32,000 bases of DNA from Vibrio cholerae ATCC 14035 (GTDB taxonomy: Bacteria; Pseudomonadota; Gammaproteobacteria; Enterobacterales; Vibrionaceae): NCBI RefSeq assembly GCF_000621645.1, contig NZ_JHXR01000021.1, positions 1 to 32,000 on the forward strand, in the 5' to 3' direction. How positions within the stretch are numbered: position 1 is the stretch's first letter; each line of letters begins with the position of its first letter. Below are positions 9,325 through 16,556 of this stretch, in pieces. A program made the position numbers and the translations under genes. The notes under the pieces were generated by a model. The model was not told the origin of the DNA, did not search any database, and saw nothing but the letters and a program-made list of their open reading frames with translations.

Positions 9325-10755
9325 ATGAACAATGCAGTCAAAGAGCAGCTCGCTGAGCTCGGTATTGAAGGTTACCTCAATCAGCATCAACACAAATCGT
9401 TACTGAGATTCTTAACTTGTGGCTCGGTCGATGATGGTAAAAGCACTCTGATCGGTCGTTTGCTCCACGATTCAAAGCAGATTTATGAAGATCAACTGGC
9501 CGCCGTCCATAACGATAGCCAGCGAGTTGGCACCACGGGCAGTCGCCCAGACTTAGCGCTGCTGGTGGATGGCTTGCAAGCTGAGCGTGAGCAAGGCATC
9601 ACGATTGATGTGGCGTATCGTTATTTCTCAACCCAGAAGCGCAAATTCATCATTGCCGATACACCGGGGCATGAGCAGTACACCCGTAATATGGCGACAG
9701 GCGCATCGACTTGTGATCTGGCGGTGATCTTGATTGACGCGCGTAAAGGCGTGCTGGATCAAACGCGTCGTCACTCATTTATCTCCAACTTACTTGGCTT
9801 GAAACACTTTATTGTGGCGGTCAACAAAATGGATCTGGTCGATTATTCGCAAGATCGTTTTGAACAGATCCGCGCAGAATATCTTGAGTTTTCAAAGCAT
9901 TTACAGGGCGAGACCGAGATTCAGATCATCCCGCTTTCGGCATTGGAAGGCGATAACGTGGTCGAAAAAAGCCGTTTGATGGATTGGTACCAAGGCCCAT
10001 CACTGCTTGAGCTACTGGAAAATGTCGATATTGATCGCGACAAGAGCAGTGGTGCGTTTCGCTTCCCAGTACAGTATGTGAATCGTCCTAACCTCGATTT
10101 TCGCGGCTTCGCGGGTACGATTGCTTCTGGAGTGGTGAAAGTCGGCGATAAAATCAAAGCGCTACCATCGGGGAAAACCTCAACCGTGACAAGGATTGTG
10201 ACTTTTGATGGCGATTTGCCTCAAGCACAAGCCGGTTTGGCGGTCACTTTGACACTGGCTGATGAAATTGATATTAGCCGTGGTGACTTGATTGTGTTGG
10301 AAAGTGCGCAAGTCGACAGCACTAATCATTTGTTGGCGGATGTGGTGTGGATGACAGAACAGCCACTGCAAGTGGGGCGTGATTACGATATTAAAATCGC
10401 GGGCAAGAAAACCGTCGGTCAAGTAAAAGCGGTGCGCCATCAGTACGACATCAATAACTTGTCGACCTACCATGCCGAGAGTTTACCGCTTAATGGGATT
10501 GGGTTGTGCGAGTGGACGTTTACCCAAACTGTCGCGCTTGATAAATATCTGGATTGTGCCGATACCGGTGGTTTCATCATTATCGACCGCCTGACAAACG
10601 TGACCGTTGGCGCGGGTTTAGTGCGTGACAGTTTGCAAAATATCACTGGCCAAACCGAGTCGTTTTCAGCCTTTGAACTTGAGCTCAATGCCTTGGTGCG
10701 TAAGCACTTCCCACATTGGCAAGCGATTGATTTAAGCCGCTTAGGTAAAGCGTGA
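9325..10755 (+). CDS. cysN: sulfate adenylyltransferase subunit 1 (GTPase)
   Basis: 476 aa. GTPase motifs [20 protein letters not shown]-Tu-like domains II and III. Confidence 0.95.
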   Translation: MNNAVKEQLAELGIEGYLNQHQHKSLLRFLTCGSVDDGKSTLIGRLLHDSKQIYEDQLAAVHNDSQRVGTTGSRPDLALLVDGLQAEREQGITIDVAYRYFSTQKRKFIIADTPGHEQYTRNMATGASTCDLAVILIDARKGVLDQTRRHSFISNLLGLKHFIVAVNKMDLVDYSQDRFEQIRAEYLEFSKHLQGETEIQIIPLSALEGDNVVEKSRLMDWYQGPSLLELLENVDIDRDKSSGAFRFPVQYVNRPNLDFRGFAGTIASGVVKVGDKIKALPSGKTSTVTRIVTFDGDLPQAQAGLAVTLTLADEIDISRGDLIVLESAQVDSTNHLLADVVWMTEQPLQVGRDYDIKIAGKKTVGQVKAVRHQYDINNLSTYHAESLPLNGIGLCEWTFTQTVALDKYLDCADTGGFIIIDRLTNVTVGAGLVRDSLQNITGQTESFSAFELELNALVRKHFPHWQAIDLSRLGKA

Positions 10756-10765
10756 GTGAGGATGG

Positions 10766-11413
10766 ATGAGTAAGCAAGCAGATAGCCTGCGCTTTGAACA
10801 AGATGCCAAGCTAGAGAATGTGGTGTGGCATCGTCATGCGGTGGATAAAGCGCAACGTGCGGCACTGAAACAGCAGCGCCCTGCGGTACTCTGGTTTACC
10901 GGTTTATCGGGTGCGGGCAAATCGACCGTGGCAGGGGCGCTTGAGAACCGTTTAGCGGCGCTTGGGTATCACACTTATCTGCTGGATGGTGATAACGTGC
11001 GCCACGGTTTGTGTAGCGATCTCGGCTTTTCTGAGCAGGATAGACGGGAAAACATTCGCCGCATTGGTGAGCTTGCCAAACTGATGGCGGATGCGGGTTT
11101 GATTGTGCTGACCGCGTTTATTTCACCCCATCGCGCTGAGCGCCAAATGGTGCGTGACTTGTTGCCAAATGGCGAGTTTCTAGAGGTGTACGTCAACACA
11201 TCACTCGATGTGTGCGAAGCGCGTGACCCGAAAGGCTTGTACAAAAAGGCGCGCGCCGGAGAAATTCGCCAATTTACTGGGATTGATTCCGCCTATGAAG
11301 CGCCGCTCAATCCGGATATCGATTTACCGGTGGGTGAAAAAAGCGTGGATGAGTTGGTGGCGCAGTGCCTTCAGGCGTTAGCAGAGCGTCATATCATTCA
11401 ACGTTGGGTATAA
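10766..11413 (+). CDS. cysC: adenylyl-sulfate (APS) kinase
   Basis: 215 aa. P-loop GLSGAGKST, plus [10 protein letters not shown] and FISPHR motifs. Confidence 0.95.
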   Translation: MSKQADSLRFEQDAKLENVVWHRHAVDKAQRAALKQQRPAVLWFTGLSGAGKSTVAGALENRLAALGYHTYLLDGDNVRHGLCSDLGFSEQDRRENIRRIGELAKLMADAGLIVLTAFISPHRAERQMVRDLLPNGEFLEVYVNTSLDVCEARDPKGLYKKARAGEIRQFTGIDSAYEAPLNPDIDLPVGEKSVDELVAQCLQALAERHIIQRWV

Positions 11414-11435
11414 CTCTTTAGATTCAAAATAAACC

Positions 11436-11461
11436 AAAAGCGACCGTCCGGTCGCTTTTTT
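11436..11461. terminator. bidirectional rho-independent terminator between convergent cysC and the DUF2806-like gene
   Basis: aaaa-gcgacc-gtcc-ggtcgc-tttttt. The stem is flanked by an A-run and a T-run, so it can serve both strands. Confidence 0.75.
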
Positions 11462-11485
11462 GATCTCTTTATTGAGGGCATGTCA

Positions 11486-12385
11486 TCAGACGGTGTGGTG
11501 AATCGAGCTGCTGCTCACTTCAGTCTGTACGGTGAATTTCTGAGTCAGAAGTGCGACCAGCTGATCGTAATAAGTCATATTGGGTTTGTTACCGAGCAGT
11601 CGACACAGTTCATTGCCGGTTGGGCTAAAACGATAATAGATCAGGCGCACGCCTTTGCTGGTTGGCTGCAGATGCAGATTTTTACCCTGATAGCTAAGGA
11701 GTAGGGCGGGTTCGGCTTCAATCTCGCCCGATTCCAATTCCGTTGCGTGCAAAAGACCCAGCTCAATCAATACCAACAAGCTGGAATAAGGCAGTTGATG
11801 ATTGCCTATATTGATGGCTTGGGTGGTAATGCGCTTGCCGAGACTAAACAAGCTATTTTGCGCTTTGTAGCCAATCAGCAATTTCAAGCTAGTGTCTGAG
11901 CCAAAACTGCACGCCAGCGCGGCGGCGCGTTGTAAAATCTGCGCTTCTTTGGGCGTCATATCCTGCAGCACCTTCAGTGCTTTCATGGAGGTAAAGCCGG
12001 GATTAGTCACTTCACGTTTCAGCACTTGCGCCCACAGGCGCTGCATGGAGCTATTGTGAATGTCCTGCGCCATATCAAAAAAGCGATATAGCCAATCTTG
12101 GTCTGGGTCGCCAGCGCTTTCATTACGGCAAGAGCTGTGCGCAAGCTTAATGATCTGCTCTAAGTTTTTCTGGCGCTGCTCTTTACGTTGTCGCTCGCGA
12201 TGTACTGCTCGTTCTAATGCGCTGTTTTCCGGCGATTCTGTTAATAGCTGGGCATCTAAGCCGTGATGACGGGCGATAACCAAAATGCGGCTACCACTGT
12301 CTTTGACGTAATGGGAGTGGGTTCGTTTCTCTTGGCTCTGTTGAGAGTCATGCTCGATCACAACAGGCGTCATATTGTCCGCCAT
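11486..12385 (-). CDS. conserved hypothetical protein, DUF2806-like (TIGR03899-like by recollection)
   Basis: 299 aa. The central block DQDWLYRFFDMAQDIHNSSMQRLWAQVLKREVTNPGFTSMKALKVLQDMTPKEAQILQRAAALA matches the DUF2806 signature as I remember it (D.DW..RFF..A...S...MQ.LWA.IL..E...PG.FS...L..L..L...EA..F). An aggaag SD lies before the ATG. Confidence 0.75.
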   Translation of the reverse strand: MADNMTPVVIEHDSQQSQEKRTHSHYVKDSGSRILVIARHHGLDAQLLTESPENSALERAVHRERQRKEQRQKNLEQIIKLAHSSCRNESAGDPDQDWLYRFFDMAQDIHNSSMQRLWAQVLKREVTNPGFTSMKALKVLQDMTPKEAQILQRAAALACSFGSDTSLKLLIGYKAQNSLFSLGKRITTQAINIGNHQLPYSSLLVLIELGLLHATELESGEIEAEPALLLSYQGKNLHLQPTSKGVRLIYYRFSPTGNELCRLLGNKPNMTYYDQLVALLTQKFTVQTEVSSSSIHHTV

Positions 12386-12544
12386 GCGCTTCCTGAAAGC
12401 CTCTGCTGCGTTTTTGGTCTGCTGTAAAATTTACTCTGTTCGCCGCTGAGCAGCCAGTGAAACTCTCTGACGTAGTGCACAATTTTGTGCTATCACAAAT
12501 GATAATAAATTGTTAAAGTTGTTATTAATCTTTGTGGGGTGGCT

Positions 12545-12649
12545 ATGAAGTATTGGAAAGAGCGCAAATTGGCCAAGTACCTATCGCTATTAATCTTATT
12601 TATCGGCTATTTCTCGGTACTGGCGTATCTATCGAAATATTTGGTGTAA
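12545..12649 (+). CDS. candidate 34-aa small membrane protein (unannotated-type sORF)
   Basis: ATG..TAA ORF encoding MKYWKERKLAKYLSLLILFIGYFSVLAYLSKYLV: a basic N-terminus plus one hydrophobic helix. A G-rich stretch (ggggtgg) lies 4-10 nt upstream. A GC-rich hairpin starts at the nucleotide after the stop codon. No homology evidence is available. Confidence 0.3.
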   Translation: MKYWKERKLAKYLSLLILFIGYFSVLAYLSKYLV

Positions 12650-12673
12650 CCTCCCCGCGCAAGCGCAGGGAGG
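12650..12673. terminator. GC-rich hairpin between the sORF and the zrg operon 3' end (candidate bidirectional terminator)
   Basis: cctccccgcgc-aa-gcgcagggagg is an 11-bp stem with one mismatch. A gttttctctc stretch follows 7 nt later on +. The hairpin lies 23 nt downstream of the DUF3299 stop on the minus strand. Confidence 0.45.
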
Positions 12674-12695
12674 GCACAGCGTTTTCTCTCTGCGG

Positions 12696-13217
12696 TTACA
12701 TATCGTCGTATTCGGCGATCTCAGTACCGATAATGGTGTAAGCCGTTTCCGCTAGATCATGACTGAGTGATTCGGTTTTCAATTCCCCAATCACATAAAT
12801 CACATCCCACAGCTCTTGGATCGGAGCACCTTTAGGAAACTTGACGTAAATAATCTGGTTAGGTGGCGGTGGTGGCACGTGAATACACGCACCAAAGTAA
12901 GGCACCAATAAAAACTCGGTGACCTTTTTATCATCGCCTTCAAGCGGGATCACAAAGCCGGGGATTTTGACCCGACTGCCGTTCAGCTCCTTACGGACCG
13001 TGCCAATCTGTTGCTGCTTGGCTGGTTCATTACCGTTATGATCCGGCATCGGCATACCTTGTTGATCAAACAAGTTGCGCTCATTCTCTGGAATGAGATC
13101 GAGCCAGTCGAGTTGTAATACATCCTGCTCACTAGCAGTGGTGTCTTGATTAGCCAATAGTGGCGTTGAGAACAGCGTCGCCATGATGAGGCTCGCTATC
13201 AACATAAAACGTTTCAT
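12696..13217 (-). CDS. zrgD: DUF3299-family periplasmic protein (PA4066-like), last cistron of the zinc module
   Basis: 173 aa. Signal peptide MKRFMLIASLIMATLFSTPLLA. Core block GFVIPLEGDDKKVTEFLLVPYFGACIHVPPPPPNQIIYV is typical of DUF3299. The gene-letter assignment is from memory. Confidence 0.8.
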   Translation of the reverse strand: MKRFMLIASLIMATLFSTPLLANQDTTASEQDVLQLDWLDLIPENERNLFDQQGMPMPDHNGNEPAKQQQIGTVRKELNGSRVKIPGFVIPLEGDDKKVTEFLLVPYFGACIHVPPPPPNQIIYVKFPKGAPIQELWDVIYVIGELKTESLSHDLAETAYTIIGTEIAEYDDM

Positions 13218-13269
13218 CGAATGCTTCCTTGTGATCCTTCTCGTTGTGAGTCAGTCACCTATTTTATTC

Positions 13270-14529
13270 CTATAAGCGAATGGTCATGCCATCACTGAGC
13301 GATTGTCGATAAGCGCGCAGTGCGGGAATAAACCCAATCACTATACCTGCCAGTTGTACGCAGCCGAGCAACTGCCATTCATAAGCGGTTAATCCAGCCA
13401 GCGCAATTTGAATGCCGTACTGGCTTGCAATCAGTGGCGCGGCGAGCGCCAGTAGCAGATAAAGCACACTCACGCCAAGCAGGATGCCCACGAGTGTCAG
13501 TACACTTGCTTCGCTGACCAGCAAAGCAAACACATGCTGTGGCCTTGCGCCCATTGCACGTAAGATCGACATCTCTCTGCGCCGCTCTTGTAAGCTGGTC
13601 AGCAAGCTACTGAGCATGCCGAGCAACCCTGCTACCACCACAAAAACGGAGACAGCCATCAGTGCTTGTTCAGCGACGGACATCATACCCCACAGTTCAT
13701 GCAGTGCTACGCCGGGCATGATAGCGCTGAGCGGCTCTTGCGGATAGTCATTGATCTGTCGCTGCAGGGCAAAAGTTTGGATTTTTGATTTGAGTCCAAC
13801 CAGCATGGCGGTGATTTGCTTAGGCGTGAAATCACGCTGTGCCAGTTGTTCGGCGCTGGGTTGATGGCCAAGATTGGCACCGGACTCCCAACCGACATGG
13901 ATCGCCTCTATCGCTTCTAAGGAAACATGCACAGTTTTATCAACTGGGGTGCCCGTGGGAGCCAAAATACCGACCACAGTAAAGGGCAGGTTATCGTGGC
14001 GGCTAAAGCCGACATCACTGATGCCATGGGCGATGATAATTTGGCTGCCGACTTGGTAGCCAAGCGCTTGGGCGACATCGGCGCCAATCACGGTTTCAAA
14101 TAACCCATTGAACTCTCGCCCTTGGGACAAAGTCAGTTGTTGCTTACTTCCGTAACGATAATGTTCAAAATAGCTGTGATTCGTGCCAAGTACGCGAAAT
14201 CCTTTATGTGAATCACCTAAAGAGATCGGAATTGCCCATTTCACGGCAGGGTGCTGGCTAAATTCTTGGTAACTTTTCCAATCAATATTGTTGGTGGCAT
14301 TGCCAATCCGAAACACGGAATAGAGCAGTAAATTAACTTGCCCTGAGCGTCCGCCGACGATCAAATCGGTACCAGAAATGGTATTGGCAAAACTCTCTTT
14401 CGCTTGAGTGCGGATGCGCTCTACCCCAAGCAGTAACACCACGGCGATAGCAACAGTTAACACGGTGAGCAGAGCCGTTGCTTTGCGGTTGAGTAGGCTT
14501 TTCCACGCTAAATTCAGGATAACTTTCAT
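13270..14529 (-). CDS. zrgC: ABC transporter permease, FtsX/MacB/LolCE type
   Basis: N-terminal TM, a periplasmic domain of about 230 aa, then three C-terminal TMs (FtsX domain). ATG 14529 overlaps the ATPase stop as ATGA and has an aggagg SD upstream. It is preferred over the ORF-track TTG at 14535. Confidence 0.88.
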   Translation of the reverse strand: MKVILNLAWKSLLNRKATALLTVLTVAIAVVLLLGVERIRTQAKESFANTISGTDLIVGGRSGQVNLLLYSVFRIGNATNNIDWKSYQEFSQHPAVKWAIPISLGDSHKGFRVLGTNHSYFEHYRYGSKQQLTLSQGREFNGLFETVIGADVAQALGYQVGSQIIIAHGISDVGFSRHDNLPFTVVGILAPTGTPVDKTVHVSLEAIEAIHVGWESGANLGHQPSAEQLAQRDFTPKQITAMLVGLKSKIQTFALQRQINDYPQEPLSAIMPGVALHELWGMMSVAEQALMAVSVFVVVAGLLGMLSSLLTSLQERRREMSILRAMGARPQHVFALLVSEASVLTLVGILLGVSVLYLLLALAAPLIASQYGIQIALAGLTAYEWQLLGCVQLAGIVIGFIPALRAYRQSLSDGMTIRL

Positions 14530-15245
14530 TGCCAACCTCCTGCACGATTGAGAGTAGGTAAGTGAACACTTCGCTCAAAAAGCTTTTCCAGTGTTGGGTC
14601 ATGGCTAACAAAAACTAAAGTGGAACCGACTCGCTCCGCTTCTTCACGCAGCAGAGCAATAAAAGCTTCACGGTTATCGTAATCGAGGGCAGACGTGGGT
14701 TCGTCGGCGATGATGAGTTGCGGTTCACCCATCAGTGCTCGCGCCGCGGCGACGCGTTGCTGCTGGCCGATACTGAGTTCGGTCACGGGTTTATTCAGTA
14801 AAGCGCTTGGCAGATGCAATCTTTCCAACAGCGATTGCGCTTTGTGCGATAAGGGATCATCCACTTGCTGTTTACGCAAAGCGGAAAAGTGGCATGGTAA
14901 GGTCACGTTATCTAACACCGACAGATAAGGCAGCAGATTAAATTGTTGGAAAATATAGCCTATATGGTCGGCGCGGAAGCGATCGCGCTGACTGGCACTC
15001 AAGCGGCTTAAGTCACTGCCAAGTAAAGAGACGACACCTTGTGTTGCGGTATTAATGCCAGTTAAAAGGCTAAGTAACGTGGACTTGCCGCAGCCACTGG
15101 GGCCTTTGACAAACAGGTGTTCACCCCGAGCAATCTGTAAATGGGCAATATCCAAGGTGGGTGAGCTGGCTCCCGGCCAACAGAACACCACATCATTCAA
15201 CTCAATCACGGATGAAGTAGGATCAGAACGGTGAGCAGGCATCAT
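14526..15245 (-). CDS. zrgB: ABC transporter ATP-binding protein (MacB/LolD-like)
   Basis: Walker A GPSGCGKST, Q-loop, signature LSIGQQQRVAAARAL, Walker B LIIADEPTSALD, H-loop SHD. Confidence 0.92.
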   Translation of the reverse strand: MMPAHRSDPTSSVIELNDVVFCWPGASSPTLDIAHLQIARGEHLFVKGPSGCGKSTLLSLLTGINTATQGVVSLLGSDLSRLSASQRDRFRADHIGYIFQQFNLLPYLSVLDNVTLPCHFSALRKQQVDDPLSHKAQSLLERLHLPSALLNKPVTELSIGQQQRVAAARALMGEPQLIIADEPTSALDYDNREAFIALLREEAERVGSTLVFVSHDPTLEKLFERSVHLPTLNRAGGWQ

Positions 15246-15287
15246 GGCTCCTCATGTGTGCAGGGAAAATCAAAGCATCTCCAATGA

Positions 15288-15312
15288 GGGATAGGTGAGA
15301 GTCACCTATCCC
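15288..15312 (-). other. perfect 11-bp intercistronic stem-loop between zrgA and the ABC genes
   Basis: gggataggtga (15288-15298) / tcacctatccc (15302-15312) with a 3-nt loop. It lies 12 nt after the zrgA stop and 43 nt before the ATPase start. No U-tract is present. Confidence 0.6.
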
Positions 15313-15323
15313 GAGCGGTGGCA

Positions 15324-16052
15324 TTACAGTTTGATAAGCGTTTGCTTAGCGTTCAGTTGTAGCGCACTTTGCTGCTTTTCCGTTAACACATTGGCTTGGA
15401 TTTTCTCTGTGCTTGGGAAATATTGGAACCATTGGGTATCGATCTGTTTGAGCTGATCGACGGCTTCACAGTGGAACTGATATTGAGCGGTGAATGAGCC
15501 GTGTTGATGCTCATCATGGTCATGCCCTTCGTGCTCATGTCCTTTATGGTCGTGTTCTTTGTGATCATGGTCCGCATGTTCATCAGCGGCATGATCATGA
15601 CCTTTATGATCGTGGTCTTTATGATCGTGCGCCTTATGGTCATGCTCGCCTTCACCGTGCTGATGCTCGTGTTCTTCACCTTCACCATAAGCGTGGCTGT
15701 GTTGGTACTCTTCGCCACCTAAAGTGTGTTTAATCAACACTTCACGTTTTTCGCACTGTGCTTTATCACTGAGTGCAAATAGCTTCTCTGGGTGATGCAA
15801 GGTCTCTAAGGCTTTTTCGAGCGCTTGTTTTTGCGCGTCATCTTGAGGAGCGTGTTCAAAACCGACCACATCGGCTCCCGGTGCGGTGATTTCCAGCAAC
15901 AGGTCATGGCCATCTTGAGCAATGTTAAGTTCAACTTGGCCATGCACATGAGCCTCGTGCTGACGATGTTGATGGTCAGAGTGATGATCGGCCAATACGT
16001 TGCCAGAAAGTGTCGCGCCAACCATCAGCGCAATCATTGTTGGGTAATGCAT
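15324..16052 (-). CDS. zrgA: His-rich periplasmic metal-binding protein, DUF2796 / ZrgA-like (PA4063-like)
   Basis: 242 aa. Signal peptide, then HEAHVHGQVELNIAQDGHDLLLEITAPGADVVGFEHAP (the DUF2796 pattern), then a His/Asp/Glu/Lys-rich tract of about 65 aa. An aggag SD lies 6 nt upstream. Confidence 0.85.
   Translation of the reverse strand: MHYPTMIALMVGATLSGNVLADHHSDHQHRQHEAHVHGQVELNIAQDGHDLLLEITAPGADVVGFEHAPQDDAQKQALEKALETLHHPEKLFALSDKAQCEKREVLIKHTLGGEEYQHSHAYGEGEEHEHQHGEGEHDHKAHDHKDHDHKGHDHAADEHADHDHKEHDHKGHEHEGHDHDEHQHGSFTAQYQFHCEAVDQLKQIDTQWFQYFPSTEKIQANVLTEKQQSALQLNAKQTLIKL
15541..15645 (-). repeat. 15-bp (5-codon) periodic imperfect repeats encoding HDHK-type units
   Basis: Units on the + strand: cctttatggtcgtgt, tctttgtgatcatgg, (gap), cctttatgatcgtgg, tctttatgatcgtgc, gccttatggtcatgc. 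They translate on the minus strand to H-D-H-K-x repeats. Confidence 0.7.
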
Positions 16053-16101
16053 GAAAAACTCCTAATAAAACAAAAAAAAGAAACAATCGGTTTGATTTGT
16101 T

Positions 16102-16392
16102 TTATGCCGCTGGTGGTGAACGAGCGAAATAGGAGTGCAGCACTTGAGTGCGTTGGATCGGTTGTTCAACCCTTGCTTGTGGTGGATTTTGACGCCAACT
16201 GGGCAATATCCACTGACTGGTTTTGAGGCCATGTGCCGCGCTGGCAAACAACTGACAATCATGCTGTAAATGATGTTCAGGATGCAGATCAAGTTGGTGA
16301 TCAATCACGGCCACGTTAAACCAAAGCGCCAGCACCACAGAGAGCATAGCCACTATGGATAAGCGAGTTGGACGTAGCTGAGGTAACGACAT
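16102..16392 (-). CDS. small membrane-anchored His/Cys-motif protein, DUF2946-like; first cistron after the Zur box
   Basis: 96 aa from ATG 16392 (MSLPQLRPTRLSIVAMLSVVLALWFNVAV = TM helix, then DHQLDLHPEHHLQHDCQLF). The ORF fills the gap between the Zur box and zrgA exactly. No obvious SD. The ORF-track alternative is TTG 16407. Confidence 0.55.
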   Translation of the reverse strand: MSLPQLRPTRLSIVAMLSVVLALWFNVAVIDHQLDLHPEHHLQHDCQLFASAAHGLKTSQWILPSWRQNPPQARVEQPIQRTQVLHSYFARSPPAA

Positions 16393-16436
16393 AGCGTGTG
16401 CGACCAAGAGTGATTGAAAACCGACAGTGATTGAGG

Positions 16437-16455
16437 CTTGTTATAATATAACAAG
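16437..16455 (-). promoter_or_regulatory. Zur box (zinc uptake regulator operator)
   Basis: cttgttataatataacaag is a perfect 9-1-9 palindrome. Its core TGTTATAATATAACA matches the gamma-proteobacterial Zur consensus (TGTTATAWTATAACA). It lies 45 nt upstream of the first cistron. Confidence 0.8.
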
Positions 16456-16470
16456 TCACAAATCAGGCAA
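16443..16470 (-). promoter_or_regulatory. candidate sigma70 promoter of the zinc module, overlapped by the Zur box
   Basis: Read on the minus strand: -35 TTGCCT (16470-16465), 16-nt spacer, -10 TATTAT (16448-16443). The -10 element and spacer lie inside the Zur palindrome. Confidence 0.45.
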
Positions 16471-16556
16471 GCGATGATTCTGATGAGTTTGTATGCAGAT
16501 GTCTCTCAGTCAACGGGTGAGCAAGTTAGTCCTTACTCACCCGATGTGATTGATGG

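Noticed and set aside
12477-12506. Possible CRP site (tgtgctatcaca) or Fur box (aatgataat) upstream of the sORF and the DUF2806-like gene
   Set aside because: The CRP-like half-sites are separated by 2 nt rather than 6. The Fur-like match is one good GATAAT hexamer, with only about 11 of 19 positions matching the 19-bp consensus. I keep them only as unexplained palindromes in a finding.
12511-12530. Second Zur box (gttgttattaatc) near the 3' end of the zinc module
   Set aside because: Only one TGTTAT half-site is present. The partner half is absent, so it is not palindromic.
12532-12741. 69-aa plus-strand ORF overlapping the 3' end of the DUF3299 gene
   Set aside because: It starts at a non-ATG codon, crosses the GC hairpin and runs antisense into zrgD. 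The shorter ATG-initiated 34-codon ORF in another frame (12545-12649) ends exactly at the hairpin and is the more coherent, though still unproven, candidate.
15383-15733. Three long ORFs (111, 79 and 73 aa) in alternative frames or strands over the zrgA His-rich tract
   Set aside because: They are artefacts of the 15-bp periodic repeat, which keeps several frames free of stops. Their translations are low-complexity (M/V/I/F- or H/R-rich). They lie fully inside a gene that has a signal peptide, an SD and family motifs.
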